Positions 21,201 through 30,727 of a stretch of DNA of 64,000 nucleotides are shown one piece after another (positions within the stretch are counted from its first letter, which is position 1; each line of letters starts with the position of its first letter). The translations under genes were made by a program, and so were the position numbers. Under the pieces are notes generated by a model. That model did no database searches. It saw only the letters and a program-made list of their open reading frames with translations, and was not told the DNA's origin. The stretch covers positions 512,001 through 576,000 of the forward strand of contig OZ244048.1 in NCBI GenBank assembly GCA_965215265.1, in the 5' to 3' direction. The stretch is from Candidatus Poribacteria bacterium. Its GTDB lineage: Bacteria; Poribacteria; WGA-4E; WGA-3G.

Positions 21201-23579
21201 TGGAATCGAAACATTCTTTCATAAGACACTGAACGTGCCATCTGCGCCCTTTTAATCGCACCAATTTGGAATCGAAACGGAGAGTGTGGCCCGTCTGGAT
21301 TCTGTAAGAGTAAGCTTTTAATCGCACCAATTTGGAATCGAAACAAACCAGACTCTTTTTGAATCTCATTGTGCTACTCACTTTTAATCGCACCAATTTG
21401 GAATCGAAACAAGTTCGAGCATTTCATTTCTGAATTCTTTATCATTCTTTTAATCGCACCAATTTGGAATCGAAACATGATTGACACGGTCGATAGCAAG
21501 GAAGAATTGTACACTTTTAATCGCACCAATTTGGAATCGAAACGCAGTCAATCGCAGTTAAGCGGTTTTCTTTTTTCGCCTTTTAATCGCACCAATTTGG
21601 AATCGAAACTGTTGACGTGACAACAAAATCGACCACTCGGAAACCCTTTTAATCGCACCAATTTGGAATCGAAACATCTGAGATTGAAGACGAAATTTAA
21701 TCGCTAACCAGCTTTTAATCGCACCAATTTGGAATCGAAACCAACATTCCCCCCTGCTTCAACAAGTAGACTCAAAGCTTTTAATCGCACCAATTTGGAA
21801 TCGAAACGCGCAGCAGCATCGGAAACCGCAATCACATCCTCCGCTTTTAATCGCACCAATTTGGAATCGAAACACTGACGAGAAACATCAACCTCAGTCA
21901 CCCCGCCCACTTTTAATCGCACCAATTTGGAATCGAAACGATTGGAAGCAGCAGGAGTTGGTAAAAAAGTTTTGGCTTTTAATCGCACCAATTTGGAATC
22001 GAAACTAATAGGCCGGGTAAAAATGCACCTCGTTGTGGAACTTTTAATCGCACCAATTTGGAATCGAAACTTTCAAGACGCGCGAGACATTTTAGGCGAC
22101 GACGCTTTTAATCGCACCAATTTGGAATCGAAACATCCTAGAAACCTTCAAAGAAGTCTATGCAAGAATAAACTTTTAATCGCACCAATTTGGAATCGAA
22201 ACATTATGTGGGTGGTAAGTTTCTAACCAGCTGACGTACTCTTTTAATCGCACCAATTTGGAATCGAAACGCAGACGGTAGGAGACGGCGACGTTATTTC
22301 AGAAACTTTTAATCGCACCAATTTGGAATCGAAACCTCCTTACCCTTACCTTTACCAATACGGATGTTATCACTTTTAATCGCACCAATTTGGAATCGAA
22401 ACGTTATCAATACTTTCATAAATCTCCTCTATGTTCATACTTTTAATCGCACCAATTTGGAATCGAAACTGAAGAGGTCCTCGCAGAGAACCCGCATGCG
22501 GACAACTTTTAATCGCACCAATTTGGAATCGAAACGTATAGAAGCGTAATCGTCTGACTGGAGCCACTCGGAACTTTTAATCGCACCAATTTGGAATCGA
22601 AACAAGTAATCCGTAGCACTTTATCACAGCGCGCCATCACTTTTAATCGCACCAATTTGGAATCGAAACCTGCGTGGATACGTCAAGCACAGACACGTTG
22701 GCAGGGCACTTTTAATCGCACCAATTTGGAATCGAAACACGCCTGTGGACCCTTGGGCACCCCGTAAACCGGTATTCTTTTAATCGCACCAATTTGGAAT
22801 CGAAACTTCTTTCGAACATTTGAGATTCCCCTAAAAGTTAGGCCTTTTAATCGCACCAATTTGGAATCGAAACCGTGTTCGACGTGCTTTTTCAATTCGT
22901 CTGCTATATCTTTTAATCGCACCAATTTGGAATCGAAACTCTTTTCCCAAGCACCGAATTTAAGCCACTGTGCCCGTTCTTTTAATCGCACCAATTTGGA
23001 ATCGAAACGTCAGCACATGCGTCGTCGGTTGTTGACGACTGGCGGATGCTTTTCCGAACACTCTATTATTCTGTAAGTTGACTTTTAATCGCACCAATTT
23101 GGAATCGAAACTTCTTTCGAACATTTGAGATTCCCCTAAAAGTTAGGCCTTTTAATCGCACCAATTTGGAATCGAAACGGCCAGAAAAAGATAGAACTGT
23201 TTGCAAGGGGAAAGTCTTTTAATCGCACCAATTTGGAATCGAAACGCAAAACGAAATTGACAAGTTGATAGCTGGGATTAACTTTTAATCGCACCAATTT
23301 GGAATCGAAACGTATAGCATCGCATAGTATCTGAATGAATAGGTTGCCTTTTAATCGCACCAATTTGGAATCGAAACTAGCAGACATAGGACTTCTTTTT
23401 CAACTCGGATACACTTTTAATCGCACCAATTTGGAATCGAAACCGTCTGGATACGACGTTGGATTTCCGGGTCTGTCCACTTTTAATCGCACCAATTTGG
23501 AATCGAAACTCTTTATCAAAAGACTTAGTCTTTTTTCCTGCATCTTATTCTTTTAATCGCACCAATTTGGAATCGAAAG
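12241..23579 (+). CRISPR. CRISPR array, 30-bp repeat CTTTTAATCGCACCAATTTGGAATCGAAAC, about 170 repeats
   Basis: Highly conserved repeat with spacers mostly 33-40 nt; the terminal repeat ends GAAAG. The count is estimated from length divided by a period of about 66 bp. Orientation inferred from the leader and the 3' GAAAC. Confidence 0.99.
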
Positions 23580-23635
23580 CGTACTTTCGATAGGGATATA
23601 GCGAATGGTAACGAAATCAGCCACTTGACGGAGGT

Positions 23636-24592
23636 ATGTATACAATGGCTAGAAGAAACGAGTCCTCGCAACTGACCCCTAAAACGCTCTCTACCTCTGC
23701 ACAATCAACCGTCCGGGAAATTTTAGGGTCTATTCATGAAGTAGAACTCCTAAGCCAGACACATAATATCGTCTATATGGTGGTAGTCGATCGAGGAAGA
23801 TACGTTGTTAAGGAAATTCACGATCCCACTATAGATGTTCATTTAGAGAAATCAATTCTACAGAAAATCCCGTCTAACGATCTCTTCAGACCGATTTTGC
23901 ACATTCAACGCCTAGATGACACTGGGAGTTCCTTAGCCATCGCGCCTTATATAGAAGGAACTTCATTAGATTCCTTCATTAGTCAAGGCAGGGTTTCAGT
24001 TGATCAAGGCAGGTTGTGGGCTAACGATTTGCATCGAATTTTCCAACACTTGCGTACGCTTCCGGCACAAGGTTTTGGCAAACCAACATTGGTAAGGGGA
24101 CCAGGCTTCGACTCATGGACGAGTTTTCTGGCATGGTACCTCAAGCGACAAAAGGAAAAGGGACCTCGTCTAGCCAAGATGAGGTTCAAACAGCTGTTGG
24201 GTATCTTTGAAAGCTTGAGCCAGGAACTTGACTCACAAAACCCCATCCCGAGGGTAATCAACGGTGATACAAATGCGCGAAATTTCCTTGTCGTTTCTCT
24301 AACGAATCGCTTGTGTCAAATACACATGCCCAATGTCCAATATGGAGATCCGGCCGTTCCATACGGAGAAGCAATGATCCACTTTTACGGAACTCCGATA
24401 GTAGATGAGTTACACAAACTCTGTCGTTTTCCGAGATGGCGACTCCATTTCTACGCTGCGTTTTTAGCTTATGCCATTCTCGCCTACGCAGAACGCTCCG
24501 AATCCTCTCCGTTAGAAGAAGTCGTTGCTTGGGGAGGGCATCGCCCACTGCTTGAGTTATTGGACGAACACTTGGAAGCACTGAAGTCTTAG
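23636..24592 (+). CDS. Aminoglycoside phosphotransferase / choline kinase-like protein
   Basis: YVVK lysine motif, IEG, GFG, NGDTNARNFLV (Brenner-like motif with H replaced by N) and GDP; the start may be 23645. Confidence 0.6.
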   Translation: MYTMARRNESSQLTPKTLSTSAQSTVREILGSIHEVELLSQTHNIVYMVVVDRGRYVVKEIHDPTIDVHLEKSILQKIPSNDLFRPILHIQRLDDTGSSLAIAPYIEGTSLDSFISQGRVSVDQGRLWANDLHRIFQHLRTLPAQGFGKPTLVRGPGFDSWTSFLAWYLKRQKEKGPRLAKMRFKQLLGIFESLSQELDSQNPIPRVINGDTNARNFLVVSLTNRLCQIHMPNVQYGDPAVPYGEAMIHFYGTPIVDELHKLCRFPRWRLHFYAAFLAYAILAYAERSESSPLEEVVAWGGHRPLLELLDEHLEALKS

Positions 24593-24821
24593 AAAAATAG
24601 GAAAATGGTAGACATTACGACTTATTATTATCCTTGTTCTAAGGCTCGAGGACCTATAGTTGTTTTTGGATGGTTTCTATTATGTCTCCATTCTGCGTAC
24701 CTTGCTATTTCAAGCATATCCTAGGATGAACTCCAGAACCGACTTGACAATTTGCAGATAATTTGTTATCCTTAGGAAAAATGACAAGAGTGCTACGAAT
24801 CTATAACCTAAGGAGTGAAAA

Positions 24822-26039
24822 ATGCCTGAAAGACAGTTCAAAGTTCGAGCCGCGCAGTGCGACTATCGTGCTACTGAAGAGGAAATTTACCAAATTCTCC
24901 GTCGCATCACAGATCCGCTAAACCGTGCCTGGAAACCGATTGAAACCGCAAAAAAGGTAGTCATCAAACTCAACATGATGAAACCGCACGAACGCATCAT
25001 CTACTATGAAGGACGGAGACGGGAACTCGTCGATGATGCAGTCTGCCGCGCAACACTACGACTGATTAAAGAGCATACCACCGCACAAATTATCGCAACC
25101 GATACAAATCCCTACACCCACCGGCACCGAATGCCGCCCGGATTTAACTATGAGCACCATCTCAAAGAATTCGACGTGCAATTTGTCGATTCTAACCTCC
25201 CACCTTTTAAGGTTTACGATGTCCCCGGCGGGGGCTCTATGTTCGATCGTTATACGCTGAGCACCTGCTTTGACGACGCTGATGCTGTCATTTCTGTCGC
25301 AAAAATGAAAAATCACGCGTTCATGGGCATCACCTTATGCACCAAAAATCTATTCGGATTACCCCCGATGTTGCTACCGGAAGGCAGAACGCGCAGCTAC
25401 TACCATCACCTCATCCGTCTCTCCTACGTCCTACCCGATCTTGCGCTGATAACCAAACCATGCCTCAATATCATCGACGCACTTACCGGACAGTGGGGAC
25501 GCGAATGGGGTGGGGAGGGTAGAATCTGCAACGCCTTAATCGCTGGAGATCATCCGATAGCTACAGACACCGTCGGGATGCACCTCATGGGACACGACCC
25601 AGCATCCGACTGGCCAACACCTCCGTTCAAACGCGATCGAAACCATATTCTAATCGCAGCGCAGCGCGGATATGGCACGGTAAATCTTGATGAAATCGAT
25701 TGGACAAGTGAGGTCTCCGCCCCACTTGCTGAATTCGATTCTATTGAGACAGATACTCCGCAAACCGTCGCGAATTGGCGGCGCACCACCTGTGAACAGG
25801 GTATCCTCTATCTTGAAAACCGAAAACAACTCATCGACCGGTATCGGGATAATTTTATCTACATGCAGGGCGGCGAAGTCGTCTGGAACGGACCTGACCC
25901 CGCAAATCTCGGAAGCCGCCGCCAACTCAGCGGCGATAAAAAGGACAGTGCACTCTGGCTCAAACTCGTAGATCCTGAAGAACACGAAGGCGAGCAGTTT
26001 AATGTCTACGAGGAGTGCCTCAAGCCTTTTGCCGCGTAA
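24822..26039 (+). CDS. DUF362 domain protein
   Basis: VVIKLN, ISVAKMKNH, ITLCTKNLFG, IIDALTG and DTVGMHLMG; upstream TTGACA-17-TATCCT and RBS AGGAG. Confidence 0.8.
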   Translation: MPERQFKVRAAQCDYRATEEEIYQILRRITDPLNRAWKPIETAKKVVIKLNMMKPHERIIYYEGRRRELVDDAVCRATLRLIKEHTTAQIIATDTNPYTHRHRMPPGFNYEHHLKEFDVQFVDSNLPPFKVYDVPGGGSMFDRYTLSTCFDDADAVISVAKMKNHAFMGITLCTKNLFGLPPMLLPEGRTRSYYHHLIRLSYVLPDLALITKPCLNIIDALTGQWGREWGGEGRICNALIAGDHPIATDTVGMHLMGHDPASDWPTPPFKRDRNHILIAAQRGYGTVNLDEIDWTSEVSAPLAEFDSIETDTPQTVANWRRTTCEQGILYLENRKQLIDRYRDNFIYMQGGEVVWNGPDPANLGSRRQLSGDKKDSALWLKLVDPEEHEGEQFNVYEECLKPFAA

Positions 26040-26103
26040 AACCCACTCCGCATAGAAACCAAACATTCGCTCGTTGACGAATTTACACAACAGGAGGGCT
26101 CCA

Positions 26104-26862
26104 ATGGCTATTACTCAAGCACAAAAGAAGCAATTGGATGAGCACGGATGCATCGTCATTCCAAACGTGCTTTCTAAAGAGGAGATTGCGGTATACCGGA
26201 CAGATCTGCTACGGCTGGCAGCACAAGAAAAAGAGGAAGGGTCGGCACTTCGGCACACCGCAGGCTATGGACAGCACGTCCGCTGGTTAGTAAATAAAGG
26301 AGAGATGTACGAACGATTGGTTGCACATCCGAAGGTGATGCCGTTCTTTGAACATCTACTTGGCGAGGATTATACACTGAGCACGCTCACTTCTAACATC
26401 ATTGAGCCCGGTGCACCCGATGGTGGGTACCACGTTGATAGCATCCTCGGGGCAATGCCAGAACCACTCCCCAGTTTTCCGATGGTTGCCAACAGTCTCT
26501 GGCTCCTTGATGATTTTACCCCGGAGAACGGCGGGACACGCTACGTGCCGGGAATCCATCTGCAGCAGTCAAAGCCCCCATCCGGCACCACCCCTCACCC
26601 GAACGAGGTTCGGCTTTCCGCCACCAAGGGCTCTGTCTTTCTCTTCAACGGAGCGATCTGGCATTCCGCCGGGGCGAATAAAACCGACCGCGCCCGCATT
26701 GCCCTAATCTGTTTCTGCTGCCGTTCCTTCGTCAAACCTATGTTTGATTTTGTGCATTACCTCAAGCCGGAGGTCATAGAGCGCGCAACCCCGGTCATGC
26801 GCCGCATTTACGGATTTGATTCACAACCCAGACAGCCAGACGGTCCAAGCAATGAAAACTGA
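26104..26862 (+). CDS. Phytanoyl-CoA dioxygenase (PhyH) family Fe(II)/2-oxoglutarate dioxygenase
   Basis: HVD, LDDFTPENGGTRYVPG and WHSAGAN..R motifs; RBS AGGAGG before the ATG at 26104. Confidence 0.88.
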   Translation: MAITQAQKKQLDEHGCIVIPNVLSKEEIAVYRTDLLRLAAQEKEEGSALRHTAGYGQHVRWLVNKGEMYERLVAHPKVMPFFEHLLGEDYTLSTLTSNIIEPGAPDGGYHVDSILGAMPEPLPSFPMVANSLWLLDDFTPENGGTRYVPGIHLQQSKPPSGTTPHPNEVRLSATKGSVFLFNGAIWHSAGANKTDRARIALICFCCRSFVKPMFDFVHYLKPEVIERATPVMRRIYGFDSQPRQPDGPSNEN

Positions 26863-26878
26863 TGGATTAGCCTAAAAC

Positions 26879-27775
26879 TTAATCTGAATTCCAGCAGAAT
26901 ATTTTGCCGGCACGGCTCACACAGATCAATTGCTCGCCATCTGTTGAGAAAGTCAATTTCCAGATATCCCGCGCTGCTTGAGTTGCCAGCAACTTACCGG
27001 TATCCAGATCCCACAACCGAATTGACCTATCTTTTCCAGCACTGGCAATAGTGCCACTGATTGCAGAAACTGCTACCGTATGGACAGAATCTGTATGCCC
27101 TTTTAAAGTAGATAACAAGTTTTTCTGTTCCAGATCCCACAACCGAATGAAGGTATCGGACCCCCCTGTGACAAGCCTGCATTTATGCGGTGCTGTACGT
27201 GCTGCCGTAAAGGCGAGTGCCAGGGCTAAGCCGTCATGTGCAGCGAGGGTGTAATTCAGTTCGCCTGTTTCTAGTTCCCACAATTGCACCTTACCATCCG
27301 CGCTTGCGCTTGCAAGCATCGCACCGTCTGGCCCAAAAGCCAATGCCCGCACCCGCGATGCTCCCGTAAGTGGTAAAAGATGCTTTCTACTTTCATCCCA
27401 TGCCGGCAACGGAATGCCGTCGGGCGAAGATGCCAACGCATAGGTTAAATGAGAGTCCCCAGTTAACATGTACGTTTCACGCGCCGTGTTCGTATCCCAC
27501 AGCCGCAGCGTATTATCATCACTTGCACTTGCCAGTACACAATTATCTGGCGCGAACGCTAATGCACGCACACGGTCTGCGTGGCCCACGAGCATCGCAA
27601 ATTGGACCCCTGTCTCCAGATCGTAGATACGGATGTCTCTGTCACTGCCTGCAGCCAACCGCCTGCAGTCTAGCGAAAAAGCAATTTCCGTAATCTGGTT
27701 CCTACCGAGTCTCTGTCTGAATCCGAGTGGCAGCTCGGCTTGTCTACAGTTCGCAAACAAATCTGTATTTTTCAT
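26879..27775 (-). CDS. WD40 repeat protein
   Basis: Repeated GH..V.ALAF.PD..LASAS.D..LWD units. Confidence 0.88.
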   Translation of the reverse strand: MKNTDLFANCRQAELPLGFRQRLGRNQITEIAFSLDCRRLAAGSDRDIRIYDLETGVQFAMLVGHADRVRALAFAPDNCVLASASDDNTLRLWDTNTARETYMLTGDSHLTYALASSPDGIPLPAWDESRKHLLPLTGASRVRALAFGPDGAMLASASADGKVQLWELETGELNYTLAAHDGLALALAFTAARTAPHKCRLVTGGSDTFIRLWDLEQKNLLSTLKGHTDSVHTVAVSAISGTIASAGKDRSIRLWDLDTGKLLATQAARDIWKLTFSTDGEQLICVSRAGKIFCWNSD

Positions 27776-27781
27776 TTGTCC

Positions 27782-28807
27782 CTAATTATTTTTCCAATCT
27801 AAAACAACGCCGGTATAAACGTTCGGTTCATTGAGGAGCCCATCGTAGGCACGTTTGATTTGCTCAGGTTTCAGATAATGGGAAATCAAGGCACCAACTT
27901 CCAGCTGCCCACGGGCCATCCAGTCAAAGATGCACTGTTGCTTGCTAAACTGTGACGTGCGATTGCCAATGTCAGGATACATCGGGACGCACCACTCCAA
28001 CGCACCACGGATAGTAATCCATCGCAGATGCGTTTCTGAAAGCAGCTCCGTTAAATCGCCTTGCACAGAGACCCGGGGCGAGCCTAAGATAATTAGCTGC
28101 CCATGATTTGCGGTTGCACGTAGTGCTTGCATCACAACCGCGCTGTGTCCCACTGCATCGACCGTGATAGCACCGAGTTCACCTTGAGTCAGCTCTTCAA
28201 TTTGTGCTTGTGCCGCAGCCGTGTCCCCGCCAAAGGTATGTGCAATCCCGCACCGCTCGGCAAGTGCCCTCCGCTCGGCTACAGGGTCTACACCGATGAC
28301 ACGGCAACCGTGGATGCGGAACATCTGCGCAGCCAGGTTGCCGACGAGCCCCAGCCCAAAGATCACGACCCACGGGTTCGCCTGAATTTTAGCAACGACG
28401 ATAGCTGTCATAGCAACGCCTGCCATCCTTGATGCCGCTACGACTGCCGCATCTACAGTGTCGCCCACGGGTACCACGAGCCGCTCTTGTGAATATCGAA
28501 CGACGGAGGCATGCCTGCCGTAACTAAAGACCCGCTCACCCGAAGCCGCACGAGTAACATTCCTTCCGACTTCCCGTACAATCCCAACGTTTGCATAGCC
28601 GGAACGCCACGGATACGCGCACCACGCTCCTTCCTGAAATACCTTCGGCTCTCTACCGGTGTAGTTGGCCAATTCCGTACCGCTACTGATGAACGTGTAT
28701 TCTGTATCTATCAAGAGTTCGTTCGGCGTGAGCACAGCTTCCTCAATTTCGTTGCTTTGCAACTCAACTTGGTGCTGCCCAGTTACAACTACTTCTCTAA
28801 TTCTCAT
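27782..28807 (-). CDS. Zinc-binding alcohol dehydrogenase (MDR) family protein
   Basis: ISSGTE, GYANVG, GLGLVG Rossmann motif and VDAVG. Confidence 0.85.
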   Translation of the reverse strand: MRIREVVVTGQHQVELQSNEIEEAVLTPNELLIDTEYTFISSGTELANYTGREPKVFQEGAWCAYPWRSGYANVGIVREVGRNVTRAASGERVFSYGRHASVVRYSQERLVVPVGDTVDAAVVAASRMAGVAMTAIVVAKIQANPWVVIFGLGLVGNLAAQMFRIHGCRVIGVDPVAERRALAERCGIAHTFGGDTAAAQAQIEELTQGELGAITVDAVGHSAVVMQALRATANHGQLIILGSPRVSVQGDLTELLSETHLRWITIRGALEWCVPMYPDIGNRTSQFSKQQCIFDWMARGQLEVGALISHYLKPEQIKRAYDGLLNEPNVYTGVVLDWKNN

Positions 28808-29118
28808 TGCTGATTCTCATCTCCTAATTCTTTTTGTTTTATCTTGCGAATGAGTGCTTGCATGCGCTTATACCGAACAAGACCTACGAAAAAAGTGGCG
28901 ATGCCCAATAAAATGAAGATAACACCGATCGCCTCAACGATCGGTGAACTAAATATCTTCAGGTGTACAAACGATAATCCAGCAACAAATAGCGTTAACG
29001 CCGTACGGATATAGGCAAGGAATGTCCGCTCATTTGCCAGAATCGTCCGGTCCGCCGCAAGATGATCGCGTAGGATGAGCTGGTCTTCAAGGTCTTTGTA
29101 AGGGGTTGATTTTTCCAT
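28804..29118 (-). CDS. DUF202/YidH family membrane protein
   Basis: LANERTFLAYIRT signature and two transmembrane segments. Confidence 0.88.
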   Translation of the reverse strand: MEKSTPYKDLEDQLILRDHLAADRTILANERTFLAYIRTALTLFVAGLSFVHLKIFSSPIVEAIGVIFILLGIATFFVGLVRYKRMQALIRKIKQKELGDENQQ

Positions 29119-29182
29119 TTACGCTACCAACTTTTTGAATCATTATAGCACATTTACAAGGAAATTCACAACTCAATTTTCC

Positions 29183-29211
29183 TTGACACCCTTACCGCTG
29201 TATGCTATACT
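29183..29211 (+). promoter_or_regulatory. Sigma70 promoter
   Basis: TTGACA, 17 nt, TATACT with an extended -10 TG. Confidence 0.65.
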
Positions 29212-29285
29212 ATAAATAGCATCCGGCTCGCGATACAATGCGCGGTTTGCTGGAAAATACCCAAAAATAGAATGGAGTAAAGACT

Positions 29286-29879
29286 TTGATAGATATCAAG
29301 CAACAGTTAGATAGAAAAATTGCAGACTATAACCTACTCAACCACCCGTTCTACCAAGCGTGGAGTGCTGGGGAATTGTCAGTGGAAGCACTACGTTGTT
29401 ACGCACGTGAATACGGTGCCTTCGTCGCAACACTACCAACCGGCTGGGAGACTTTGGACGATGCCGAAACCGCAGAAGAAGAGACCGAACACATTGACAT
29501 GTGGGCAGACTTTGCTCGCGGATTGGATACTGTAGTCGCCGAAGCGCAGATACCCCAGGTGAAAACCCTGATGCACGCAGCTGATGAACTCTTCTCCCAA
29601 CCCGTCACAGCATTAGGCGCGCTTTATGCTTTTGAAGCACAGCAGCCCGCAACCGCGCAATCAAAACTCGACGGGTTGAAAACGTTCTATCAACTCCCTG
29701 AGACGGTGGAACCCTATTTTGAAACGCATGCACACAACGAACATGAAGCCGAGAAATTGCTCGCCCGGATCGGCACATTGCCCTCGGAAGACCACACAAC
29801 CATTGTGCAAGCATGCGAGCAGATGAGCATTGCTCTATGGGATGCACTCTCCGGAATTCATGATGCTGACCGCGCATGA
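29286..29879 (+). CDS. Heme-oxygenase-like iron-containing redox enzyme (CADD/PqqC/TenA superfamily)
   Basis: LLNHPFYQAWSAGEL, EE..H..W..F, GALYAFEAQ and YFETH...EH; TTG start. Confidence 0.8.
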   Translation: MIDIKQQLDRKIADYNLLNHPFYQAWSAGELSVEALRCYAREYGAFVATLPTGWETLDDAETAEEETEHIDMWADFARGLDTVVAEAQIPQVKTLMHAADELFSQPVTALGALYAFEAQQPATAQSKLDGLKTFYQLPETVEPYFETHAHNEHEAEKLLARIGTLPSEDHTTIVQACEQMSIALWDALSGIHDADRA

Positions 29880-30249
29880 GACGCTCACCGCGTACTTTGA
29901 CGCACTTATTGCAAAAGATGCTGAAACCCTCATCGCGATGATGTGTCACGCCGAACACTATGTGAAAATTGGCACAGATCACGGCGAAGTCATTCAAGGG
30001 CACCAACGGATTGCCGAGTATTACCGAAACCACACCGCAAGCACCGAGGATTTCAGCATCACCTTCATTACCCTAGATGTACAGGAACGAGACACCGTCG
30101 CCTGGTTCTATACTCAACAAATCTGGCGACTCAAATGGCAAGGGACACCAGAAGAATTCCTGATGCGTATGACAGGTGTGTTAGAACGGAATGACGATGC
30201 ATGGAAATTTGTCCAAATCCACGCTTCAATCGGTGTTACCGCGTCCTGA
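29860..30249 (+). CDS. SnoaL-like / NTF2 family protein
   Basis: IGTD..E, VAWF and RMTGVLER...WKFVQIHAS. Confidence 0.78.
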   Translation: MMLTAHETLTAYFDALIAKDAETLIAMMCHAEHYVKIGTDHGEVIQGHQRIAEYYRNHTASTEDFSITFITLDVQERDTVAWFYTQQIWRLKWQGTPEEFLMRMTGVLERNDDAWKFVQIHASIGVTAS

Positions 30250-30464
30250 TAAAACCCAGTGGCATGCTCCGCTCAGAGTATATCTGTTTGTAATTGGGCG
30301 ATTTATCGCCTACGCCTCGCCCTATTCCTCCAGCAGCACGCTTTCTTCAGCAAGCATATCGAAAGCAAAACGTCTCTAAACCCCAAACCGCAGAAGTTGC
30401 CTCAAAAAGCAAAATTAGGTATACTACAAATTGTAACACCAATCCGCCAAAAAGGAGATGTCCC

Positions 30465-30725
30465 TTGGAAAAAATCCGCGAACTTGTTTCGTTATTGGAA
30501 TCAGGTATTGAGGACTACGAAGCGCAACTGAAATTACTTCAGACAGAACGGTTGAAATATATCCGCCTCTCAATGACTAACGGATTTGGCGAAGGTGAGG
30601 GCGAATCTAAGGATTCGTGGCTCCTTCACCTCAAACAACTTGAAGATTCATTGGCAGTACGGCGTAACGCACTACGACTAGCAATTCGTGAAGCCGGCGA
30701 CGAAATATCGAAAGCGGAGGAATAA
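30465..30725 (+). CDS. Hypothetical helical protein (about 86 aa)
   Basis: RBS AAAGGAG before the TTG at 30465; ends 2 nt before the next gene. Confidence 0.6.
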   Translation: MEKIRELVSLLESGIEDYEAQLKLLQTERLKYIRLSMTNGFGEGEGESKDSWLLHLKQLEDSLAVRRNALRLAIREAGDEISKAEE

Positions 30726-30727
30726 TC

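Noticed and set aside
12503-23556. Dozens of ORFs with recurring FNRTNLESK, LLIAPIWNRN or FDSKLVRLK peptides
   Set aside because: They are translations of the CRISPR repeat, not proteins.
12241-23579. Self-targeting spacers in the main array
   Set aside because: None noticed by eye, but I could not do an exhaustive comparison; this needs BLASTn-short against the genome.
29221-29254. Stem-loop in the 5' UTR of the CADD-like gene as a possible riboswitch
   Set aside because: It can fold (CCGGC/GCTGG, CGCG/CGCG), but I cannot match it to any riboswitch consensus; an Rfam search is needed.
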